Position numbers and translations under genes: made by a program | Assembly: GCA_018830005.1 (NCBI GenBank) | Contig: JAHJTE010000001.1 | Coordinates: 513,332 to 577,331 of the forward strand | Source of the DNA: Candidatus Omnitrophota bacterium | GTDB taxonomy: Bacteria; Omnitrophota; Gorgyraeia; JAHJTE01 | DNA: 64,000 nt | Reading direction: 5' to 3' | Notes under the pieces: generated by a model | Databases searched by the model: none | The model's input: the letters and a program-made list of their open reading frames with translations, nothing else | What the model was told of the DNA's origin: nothing | Shown here: positions 57,113 through 64,000 of the stretch, one piece after another | Layout of the letters: each line of letters begins with the position of its first letter | How positions within the stretch are numbered: the first letter of the stretch is position 1

Positions 57113-57571
57113 ATGAGAATACTAGTTCAGCGCATCAAGACGGCAAGAGTGATTGTTGAATCTCAACAGGCTGCGGCTATTGGCCAGGGTTTATTGCTTT
57201 TTGTTGGCATAAGCAAAGATGATACCCTGAATGATCTGGAATATCTTTGCAACAAAGTACTTAATTTACGTATCTTCCCAGATAGCGAGGGAAAGATGAA
57301 TTTAAGTATAAGACAGATAAATGCTGAAATTTTAAGCGTGCCTCAGTTTACGCTTTATGCTGATATAAGTAAGGGAAACCGTCCTGGTTTTGAAGAGGCA
57401 GCAGAGTCTCCAGTTGCAAAAGGACTTTGGGAGAAGTTTGATTCTTTACTTATTGAGAATGGCGTGATTGTCAAGAGGGGTGTTTTTGGTGTGGATATGC
57501 AGGTGGAATTGGTTAACGATGGTCCCCTGACAATATGGCTTGATTCAAAAAAAAAGGGGGGGGGGTCTTAA
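57113..57571 (+). CDS. dtd: D-aminoacyl-tRNA deacylase
   Basis: It has MRILVQRIKTARV...GLLLFVGI and the SQFTLYAD motif. The 3' end is encoded by an A9G10 tract (KKKGGGS*). Confidence 0.8.
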   Translation: MRILVQRIKTARVIVESQQAAAIGQGLLLFVGISKDDTLNDLEYLCNKVLNLRIFPDSEGKMNLSIRQINAEILSVPQFTLYADISKGNRPGFEEAAESPVAKGLWEKFDSLLIENGVIVKRGVFGVDMQVELVNDGPLTIWLDSKKKGGGS

Positions 57572-57589
57572 GAAAATCTAAAATTTCTC

Positions 57590-57619
57590 TTGACAAATGA
57601 TACTAAAACGGTATCATTT
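57590..57619 (+). promoter_or_regulatory. Putative autoregulated promoter/operator for the Rrf2 regulator. TTGACA overlaps a 9-bp perfect inverted repeat AAATGATAC-N7-GTATCATTT
   Basis: The -35 TTGACA is at 57590-57595. The IR is at 57595-57619, and its right arm contains a -10-like TATCAT. Confidence 0.5.
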
Positions 57620-57634
57620 ACTTAGGGCAAGGGT

Positions 57635-58078
57635 ATGAAGCTACTTACACGTGATACTGATTATGCAGTTAGGGCGCTCCTGTTTATAGCTAGACAGAAC
57701 AGGAAGATAGTCTCTGTCAGGGAGTTGGTCAGGGAGTTAAGGATTCCCAAGCCATTCTTAAGAAAGATTTTACAGATCCTGAATCAAAAGAAATTGCTGC
57801 ATTCTTTTAAAGGTCAAGGCGGTGGGTTTAGATTAGCCAGGCCTGCTGAGAGGATATTGTTGACTGATTTGATATCAATATTTCAGGGAAAGGTAAGATT
57901 TAACGAATGTATGTTTAAAAAGAGTATTTGTCCTGAAATAAAGATATGCGCGCTTAAGAAGAGATTAGATGAAATTGAACGATATGTAGTAAAAAAATTA
58001 AGCTCAATCACGATAGGGTTATTGTTAAAAGAAGAAAGGGCCAGCTATGGCAAAAAGAAAGATTATAAGAATCGATGA
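57635..58078 (+). CDS. Rrf2-family transcriptional regulator (IscR/NsrR-like, 3 Cys)
   Basis: It has an N-terminal wHTH (MKLLTRDTDYAVRALLFIA) and Cys ligands C..C.....C (CMFKKSICPEIKIC). Confidence 0.8.
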   Translation: MKLLTRDTDYAVRALLFIARQNRKIVSVRELVRELRIPKPFLRKILQILNQKKLLHSFKGQGGGFRLARPAERILLTDLISIFQGKVRFNECMFKKSICPEIKICALKKRLDEIERYVVKKLSSITIGLLLKEERASYGKKKDYKNR

Positions 58079-58883
58079 AGAAAAGTGCAATGGTTGCGGT
58101 TTGTGCATTCCAAATTGTCCGGAAGGCGCATTGCAGATGATAGATAAAAAGGCAAGGCTTATAAGCGACCTTTGTTGTGATGGTTTAGGTGCTTGTATTG
58201 GTTATTGTCCGGAAGGAGCTATAACCGTAGAAGAAAGAGAAGCAGGCGAGTATGATGAAAAAAAGGTTATGGAGAATATCGCAAGGCAGGGCAAGAATGT
58301 TATAAAAGCGCACTTAGAGCACCTTAAAGAACATGGTCAGACTAAGTATTTTAAGCAGGCACTTGAGTTCTTGAAAGAGAGAAACATAGAAGTACCTCTA
58401 GAAGTTAAGGCCTCACATAGTGCCATGGCGCATTCTGGCTGTCCGGGTTCAAGGATCATGGATTTTAGAAGTAAAAAAGAGCCAAAGAACAGAAAGGCGT
58501 CAAAAACAGTCGGAGTATCTCAATTAAGACAATGGCCAGTCCAAATCACGCTTGTACCGCCATTTGCCCCTTATTTAAATAATGCAGACCTATTAATTGC
58601 TGCTGATTGTGTGCCTTTTGCCTACGCTGATTTTCACCAGGACCTACTTAAGGATAAGGTCTTGCTTGTGGGTTGCCCTAAATTGGATGATGTAGATTCC
58701 TATGAGGAAAAGATCACTCAAGTTTTGACTAATAATAATATAAAATCAATAACCTATGCACACATGGAAGTTCCTTGTTGTTTTGGCTTGATTGAGCCGA
58801 TCAAGTCTGCAATTAAGGTATCAGGCAAAGATGTCGCTTTCAAAGAGGTTGTTATAGGCATTAAAGGTGAGAGGCAGAAATGA
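58047..58883 (+). CDS. 4Fe-4S dicluster ferredoxin-domain protein with a C-terminal Cys-rich domain
   Basis: It has CNGCGLCIPNCP and CCDGLGACIGYCP ferredoxin motifs, plus C-terminal CPGS, CVPF, GCPK and PCCFG. Confidence 0.6.
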   Translation: MAKRKIIRIDEEKCNGCGLCIPNCPEGALQMIDKKARLISDLCCDGLGACIGYCPEGAITVEEREAGEYDEKKVMENIARQGKNVIKAHLEHLKEHGQTKYFKQALEFLKERNIEVPLEVKASHSAMAHSGCPGSRIMDFRSKKEPKNRKASKTVGVSQLRQWPVQITLVPPFAPYLNNADLLIAADCVPFAYADFHQDLLKDKVLLVGCPKLDDVDSYEEKITQVLTNNNIKSITYAHMEVPCCFGLIEPIKSAIKVSGKDVAFKEVVIGIKGERQK

Positions 58884-59137
58884 AATTCCAATGCCCAGGG
58901 GCTGGTACTATTAGGCAGCCTAGTCCTGAATTTATAAGATGTCAGAATTGCGGCAGAGAGGTTGAGATCTGGACAGATGAGATTAAGACGACTTGCGCTA
59001 AATGTAATAAGACTATTATGCGTCAAGCTGGCCAGAGTTGCCTTGATTGGTGCAGGTTCGCAAGAGAATGCGTTGGAGAAGAGAAATATAATAAATACAA
59101 AAAGAACAAAGAAGAAACTCATAAGAAAAGCAAATAG
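58880..59137 (+). CDS. Zinc-ribbon small protein (85 aa)
   Basis: It has two CxxC pairs (CQNCG...CAKCN) plus a CLDWCRFARECV C-terminal Cys motif. Confidence 0.5.
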   Translation: MKFQCPGAGTIRQPSPEFIRCQNCGREVEIWTDEIKTTCAKCNKTIMRQAGQSCLDWCRFARECVGEEKYNKYKKNKEETHKKSK

Positions 59138-59226
59138 ATTTAGCAAAGGAGTTAATATAGATGTTGCAGGATTTGGCTTCTAAAAAATGCATTACTTCCC
59201 GGCCAAGATTGATCGCTTAACTTAAA

Positions 59227-59931
59227 ATGTCAAAAGGAACGCTTACAGAAAGAATTAAAAGGACGAGCACGGTAGAAAGTTTTAGGTTTGTTTTTGATGA
59301 GAAGATTAACTTTTTGCCAGGGCAGTTTTGCCAAGTTATGTTTGATGAGCAAAGTAAAACTAGTAGTGAACTAAATAAATATCTATCGATTTCTTCTTCG
59401 CCTACAAAGGAATACATGGAGGTTACAAAGAAGTTAAGTGAGAGCGAGTTTTCAAATCGATTAAGGAGTTTAAAAGAAAGCGATCAGGTTTCCTTCGGAT
59501 TGCCTTTAGGCAACTGTGTATTTAAAGATGCCTATAAAAAAATTGGATTCCTGATAGGCGGAATAGGCATAACTCCTGTTATATCAATTATAGAATATAT
59601 TATGGATAAGGGCCTAGGGACAGAGGTTGAATTGTTTTATTCTAACAGGAGGCTTGAGGATATTGCCTTTAAAAAGGAATTGGACTATTGGCGTAGTAAG
59701 AATCAGAATATTAAGCTATTTTATACTTTAACTGATTCTGGATGCGATAGCAAAGATTGTATCCTGGGTCGTATAAGCAAGGATTTACTGCTTGAGAAAA
59801 CCAAGGATTTCAATCAGAGAGAATTTTTTATTTTTGGCCCGCCTAAGATGGTAGATGCAATGAAGAATATATGTTTGGATATGGGTTGTGAGCAAGAAAG
59901 AATAAAAACAGAAAAGTTTATCGGCTATTAA
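59227..59931 (+). CDS. FNR-like FAD/NAD(P)-binding oxidoreductase domain protein
   Basis: It has a ferredoxin-reductase-type FAD-binding barrel and an NAD-binding GGIGITP motif. Confidence 0.6.
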   Translation: MSKGTLTERIKRTSTVESFRFVFDEKINFLPGQFCQVMFDEQSKTSSELNKYLSISSSPTKEYMEVTKKLSESEFSNRLRSLKESDQVSFGLPLGNCVFKDAYKKIGFLIGGIGITPVISIIEYIMDKGLGTEVELFYSNRRLEDIAFKKELDYWRSKNQNIKLFYTLTDSGCDSKDCILGRISKDLLLEKTKDFNQREFFIFGPPKMVDAMKNICLDMGCEQERIKTEKFIGY

Positions 59932-59967
59932 GAAGTTTTAATGCCTTAGTTAATAGAGAGGTGGGAT

Positions 59968-61155
59968 ATGAATAAGCCAGTTAAGATAGGTAAAGATATT
60001 TATTGGGTAGGCGTCATTGATTGGAATATAAGAAATTTCCACGGCCATACCTATAGCACTCTAAGGGGCACTACTTATAATGCCTATTTGATTTTGGATG
60101 ATAAGGTTACCTTGGTTGATACTGTGATGGGTTCTTTTAGCAAAGGGCTGATTGATAATATAGCGCAGTTAATTGCACCAGAAAAAATAGACTATATAAT
60201 TTCCAATCATGTCGAGACAGACCATTCCGGAGCACTGCCTGAGATTTTAAAGCTTAATCCAAAGGCAAAGGTCTACTGTAGCGCCAAAGGCAAGGAAGGT
60301 CTTTTTAAACACTACTATGGCAATTGGGATTTTCAGGTTGTGAAGACTAATGATAAGTTGAAATTAGGCAAAAAGACATTGAGCTTTATCGAGACGCCTA
60401 TGATTCACTGGCCGGATAGCATGTTTACCTATCTAGCCGAAGATCAGATTCTTCTTCCTAATGATGCCTTTGGCCAGCATTATGCAACAAGTGAGCGATT
60501 CGATGATGAGGTAGATGAGTGTGCGCTTATGGATGAGGCAGCCAAATACTACGCAAACATACTCATCCCTTTAAGCCCTATCATTTTAAAAAAGATACAG
60601 GAGTTAGTAAAAATGAATTTGCCTATTAAGATGATTGCTCCTAGCCACGGTATTATTTGGCGCAGAGATCCAGGCAAGATAATTAATGCCTATACTTCTT
60701 GGGCCAAGAATGAGACCAAATCTAAGGTAATTGTTGTCTATGAGACGATGTGGCAGTCCACAGAGAAAATGGCAAGAAAGATTACAGAAGGCCTAACTGA
60801 TGCTGGTATTTCAGTAAAACTTTTTGATATTGCCCAGACTGACCGCACTGAAGTTATAAAAGAGTTGCTTGATGCAAAGGGTATCTGCCTAGGCTCTTCG
60901 ACCCATGATAATGATATGCTTGCGAATATAGCTTCGTTTTTAGAGTTGCTAAAAGGGCTTAAACCAAAAAACAGGGTTGCGGGTGCGTTTGGTTCTTATG
61001 GTTGGGCAGGTGGGGCCCTAAAGGAAATTGAGAATGCCGTAGGGGCATCCGGCATTAAGTTAGTGCAACCTTCTTTAGGAGTTAAGTATGTTCCAGATGA
61101 TAAAGAATTAGAGGCGTGCTATAATTGGGGAAAGGATTTCGCCAAAAATATATGA
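59968..61155 (+). CDS. Flavodiiron protein (FprA / rubredoxin:oxygen oxidoreductase). Metallo-beta-lactamase-like diiron domain + flavodoxin domain
   Basis: It has the di-iron ligand motif HVETDHSG and a C-terminal flavodoxin fold (VIVVYETMWQSTEKMA). Confidence 0.85.
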   Translation: MNKPVKIGKDIYWVGVIDWNIRNFHGHTYSTLRGTTYNAYLILDDKVTLVDTVMGSFSKGLIDNIAQLIAPEKIDYIISNHVETDHSGALPEILKLNPKAKVYCSAKGKEGLFKHYYGNWDFQVVKTNDKLKLGKKTLSFIETPMIHWPDSMFTYLAEDQILLPNDAFGQHYATSERFDDEVDECALMDEAAKYYANILIPLSPIILKKIQELVKMNLPIKMIAPSHGIIWRRDPGKIINAYTSWAKNETKSKVIVVYETMWQSTEKMARKITEGLTDAGISVKLFDIAQTDRTEVIKELLDAKGICLGSSTHDNDMLANIASFLELLKGLKPKNRVAGAFGSYGWAGGALKEIENAVGASGIKLVQPSLGVKYVPDDKELEACYNWGKDFAKNI

Positions 61156-61170
61156 TAGAGGGAGGAAGGC

Positions 61171-61335
61171 ATGAAGAAATATCGTTGTATTGTTTGTGGT
61201 TATATCTATGATCCGGCAAAGGGTGATCCAGATAATGGGATAAATCCTGGTACTTCTTTTGAGGACTTACCTGCATCCTGGGTTTGTCCTGAATGTGGCG
61301 TAGGTAAGGATAGCTTTGAAGAGGTCGCAGATTAG
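61171..61335 (+). CDS. Rubredoxin (54 aa)
   Basis: RBS GGAGG precedes it. The product is [52 protein letters not shown], with canonical CxxCG...CPxCG. It is absent from the ORF track because it is shorter than 60 aa. Confidence 0.9.
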   Translation: MKKYRCIVCGYIYDPAKGDPDNGINPGTSFEDLPASWVCPECGVGKDSFEEVAD

Positions 61336-61351
61336 GTCTTAAAGAGAGGGG

Positions 61352-61819
61352 ATGTATATGAAGCACTTAACTGAAGAAATCATTTATTTTTTTAGAAGTC
61401 AGAACTTTATTGTAGTTTCTTCTGTTGATAAAGGAGGCAGTCCGCATGCCTCATGCAAAGGCCTGATAGATATAAACAAGAATGGCCGAATATATCTCCT
61501 TGACCTTTATAGAAAAAAGACATTTGAAAATTTAAAACGAAACCACAATATAAGTATTACAGCTGTAGACGAGCATCATTTTAGAGGTTTCTGCCTTAAG
61601 GGAAAGGCAAGATTAGTCGAGGCAGAAAAACTCAAATCTCATATCTTAAAGGCCTGGGAAGAGAAAATTGTTGATAGAATAACCAATCGCGTGTTGAAAA
61701 ATATACATGGAGAAAAAGGTCACGCAAAACATCCTGAGTCACGCCTGCCTAGACCGGCATATATGATTGTTATGGAGACAGAGGAGATAGTTGATCTTAC
61801 TCCAGCCCATATTAAATAA
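61352..61819 (+). CDS. Pyridoxamine-5'-phosphate-oxidase-like FMN-binding split-barrel protein
   Basis: It has the PNPOx-like family pattern (FIVVSSVDKGGSPHAS, ITAVD). Confidence 0.55.
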   Translation: MYMKHLTEEIIYFFRSQNFIVVSSVDKGGSPHASCKGLIDINKNGRIYLLDLYRKKTFENLKRNHNISITAVDEHHFRGFCLKGKARLVEAEKLKSHILKAWEEKIVDRITNRVLKNIHGEKGHAKHPESRLPRPAYMIVMETEEIVDLTPAHIK

Positions 61820-61846
61820 ATGAAAAATTAATTTAGGAGGTGTATT

Positions 61847-62290
61847 ATGAAAGGATTTGTATGTAAGGTTTGTGGATTTATATCCATAAACGGTAGTGCG
61901 CCAGATAAATGTCCTGTCTGTGGCGCGCCAAAGACAGCTTTTATAGAGAAAGAGGATGCGATTAAAGAGCCTCAGGATGCAAAAAATCTTACGGAATTAG
62001 AGAAAAAGCACATTCCAGTTATTACTATCGTAAGGAAATGCGGCTTGATACCTGAAGGTTGTCAGGACGTACATGTAAAGATGGGGGAGATTCAGCATCC
62101 AATGGAAGAGAAGCATTATATTGTGCATATTGATTTTTATATTGATGCTGAGTTTATTTCCAGGGTGATATTAACGCCTGGCAGTCTTAATCCTGCAGCT
62201 GCCCTTCATATTAAGGCAACGAGCGGCAAGCTTTCTGTTATCGAACTTTGTAATTTACATGGCGCTTGGATAAAGGAAGAAGTATTATAG
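61847..62290 (+). CDS. Superoxide reductase (desulfoferrodoxin-like). N-terminal CxxC...CxxC domain + C-terminal SOR centre II
   Basis: The N-terminus has CKVCG...CPVCG. The SOR domain has EKKHIPVI, HYIVHIDF and CNLHGAW. Confidence 0.8.
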   Translation: MKGFVCKVCGFISINGSAPDKCPVCGAPKTAFIEKEDAIKEPQDAKNLTELEKKHIPVITIVRKCGLIPEGCQDVHVKMGEIQHPMEEKHYIVHIDFYIDAEFISRVILTPGSLNPAAALHIKATSGKLSVIELCNLHGAWIKEEVL

Positions 62291-62296
62291 GAGGTA

Positions 62297-62536
62297 GTGA
62301 TGCCTAAAAATGTCAAGGTTTATAGCACTCCCACATGTCCTTATTGTATTAAGGTCAAGCAGTTCTTGAAAGAGAGTAATGTTGATTTTGAGAATTTAGA
62401 TGTTTCCACTGATCAGGAAAAGGCCCAGGAGATGATGAAAAAGTCAGGTCAGATGGGTGTGCCTGTATTAGATATTGAAGGTGAGATTATTGTTGGCTTT
62501 GACAAGGAAGCAATAACAAAAGCGCTGAATCTATAG
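62297..62536 (+). CDS. Glutaredoxin-like protein (NrdH/YruB type)
   Basis: It has the CPYC active site and is 79 aa. Confidence 0.8.
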   Translation: MMPKNVKVYSTPTCPYCIKVKQFLKESNVDFENLDVSTDQEKAQEMMKKSGQMGVPVLDIEGEIIVGFDKEAITKALNL

Positions 62537-62563
62537 TAGGGATATTTTTCTAAAGGAATTCCC

Positions 62564-63730
62564 ATGGCAAAAGACCCTATTTGCGGGATGACGCTTAATG
62601 AGTCATCATCTTTAAAATTAGCACATAATGATAAGACGTATTATTTCTGCAGCGTGAATTGCCTTAAAAAATTTTCCCAGCAAAACAATATTAATCCGCA
62701 ACAGCTCAAGGGATGTTTGATTTCTCCTAATGTCCCATTCTATAAGAACAAGAGCATAATTGTCGCTGCAATTTTGCTATCCTTAGTTTTGTTATCGTAT
62801 CAATTTCCCTTGCTTGAGGCCTTTAGAAAATCCCTGCTGATGTATTTTAAGACTATTTGGTGGGCAGTCCTTTTAGGTTTTTTCCTGGGAGGTCTCATCG
62901 ATTACTATGTACCGCGCGAATATGTTTCTTCAATTCTTGCCAAGCCAAGAAAACGCACAATTTTTTATTCAGTGATTTTGGGTTTTTTTATGAGTGCCTG
63001 CTCTCACGGTATATTAGCCCTGTCTATAGAACTTCACAAAAAAGGAGCTTCTAACCCGGCTGTAATAGCCTTTTTACTTGCAAGTCCCTGGGCTAATTTG
63101 CCGCTTACAATAATGCTAATAGGATTTTTTGGCTTAAAGGCCGCCTACATAATAATTTCGGCTATTGTAATCGCGATAATAACAGGATTTGTTTTTCAGT
63201 TTTTACAAAAACACAATCTTATAGAGACTAATGCTAATGTTACTAATGTTGGAAGCGATCTTTCTATAATAGCTGACATCAAGAGGAGATCTAGAGAGTA
63301 TAAGCTAACAGTGTCTAATCTTAAATCTGATGCAAAAGGTATATATCAGGGAATGCTGTCTTTATCCAATATGGTGCTCTGGTGGATTTTAATCGGTATG
63401 GGCCTGGCAAGTTTGGCTGCTGCTTATATTCCTAAAGAAATATTCAGCAATTATATGGGCCCAACAGCAGGGGGTTTACTAGTGACGCTTATAGTTGCCA
63501 CTATAATTGAGGTTTGCTCTGAAGGTTCTGCGCCTTTAGCCTTCGAGATATTCAGGCAAACAAAGGCCTTAGGAAATAGCTTTGTTTTTCTTATGGCAGG
63601 CGTAGTTACAGATTATACAGAGATAGGGCTCATATGGCATAATGTGGGCAAGAAGACAGCTATCTGGCTGCCTGTTATAACTGTTCCGCAGGTAATCTTA
63701 TTAGGTTTTATTGCCAATAAAATTTTCTAA
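62564..63730 (+). CDS. YHS (TRASH) metal-binding domain fused to a multi-TM permease (DUF318-like predicted permease)
   Basis: The N-terminus is DPICGMTL...KTYYFCSVNCLKKF. It is followed by ~8 TM helices. Confidence 0.65.
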   Translation: MAKDPICGMTLNESSSLKLAHNDKTYYFCSVNCLKKFSQQNNINPQQLKGCLISPNVPFYKNKSIIVAAILLSLVLLSYQFPLLEAFRKSLLMYFKTIWWAVLLGFFLGGLIDYYVPREYVSSILAKPRKRTIFYSVILGFFMSACSHGILALSIELHKKGASNPAVIAFLLASPWANLPLTIMLIGFFGLKAAYIIISAIVIAIITGFVFQFLQKHNLIETNANVTNVGSDLSIIADIKRRSREYKLTVSNLKSDAKGIYQGMLSLSNMVLWWILIGMGLASLAAAYIPKEIFSNYMGPTAGGLLVTLIVATIIEVCSEGSAPLAFEIFRQTKALGNSFVFLMAGVVTDYTEIGLIWHNVGKKTAIWLPVITVPQVILLGFIANKIF

Positions 63731-63740
63731 AGGCTCTACT

Positions 63741-64000
63741 ATGATTTATGATCTTATTATTATTGGTGCTGGACCAGCAGGCATAACAGCGAGTGTTTAT
63801 GCTGCGCGGAAAAAAATGAATTTTTTAGTTATTAGTAAGGATATTGGCGGTCAGGCTGCATGGAGCGGCGATATTGAGAATTATACAGGCTATCAGTTTG
63901 TTACGGGTCCTGAATTAGCAGCAAAGTTTGAGCAGCATCTGAGAAAATACGATTTTGTCTTGAAGGAGCAAGAAGAGGTAAGAGAGGTTAAGAAAGAGAC
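63741..64000 (+). CDS. FAD/NAD(P)-dependent disulfide oxidoreductase (thioredoxin-reductase/AhpF-like), 3'-partial at window end
   Basis: The N-terminus is MIYDLIIIGAGPAGITASVYAARK. The ORF runs off the window. Confidence 0.6.
   Translation, partial: MIYDLIIIGAGPAGITASVYAARKKMNFLVISKDIGGQAAWSGDIENYTGYQFVTGPELAAKFEQHLRKYDFVLKEQEEVREVKKE

Overview
This 64 kb window is from a low-GC (~38-40%) bacterial chromosome, almost entirely plus-strand, with tightly packed and frequently ATGA/4-bp-overlapping genes. Gene content suggests a fermentative anaerobe. It carries an NfnAB-like pair, Pta-AckA, flavodiiron protein, rubredoxin and superoxide reductase, trehalose synthesis genes, a GdhA/GS/GltB-like nitrogen block, and the NAD salvage genes pncA, pncB and nadE. 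I found no rRNA, tRNA or CRISPR array.

The most unusual region is the first ~5.5 kb. It holds a large Rhs/YD-repeat polymorphic-toxin gene that runs off the 5' edge and has YVTN beta-propeller repeats at its N-terminus.
- The gene ends in the conserved PxxxxDPxGL core and is then interrupted by an in-frame TAG before a 96-aa tip ORF.
- The tip ORF is translationally coupled to a LolA-like lipoprotein.
- Two displaced, near-identical copies of the rhs 3' region follow. One carries an alternative, frame-disrupted tip and a 3-TM membrane protein. The copies share a breakpoint.
- The arrangement resembles a toxin-tip / immunity shuffling locus.

Other notable items:
- A glutamine synthetase fused to an N-terminal excisionase-type HTH, with two helically phased 16-bp palindromes in its promoter region.
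- Two promoter + short-transcript + terminator units (sRNA- or attenuator-like) flanking gdhA and preceding a GltB-like gene.
- A recurring GACGYC/GGCGTCC hairpin family.
- A split pta and a pabB-pabC fusion.
- A lysine-ketoglutarate-reductase-like gene paired with a YheC/D-type ATP-grasp gene.
- G10 and G8 homopolymer tracts.
- A compact Rrf2-controlled O2/ROS detoxification island at the 3' end.

All calls were made by eye from motifs. No database searches were run.
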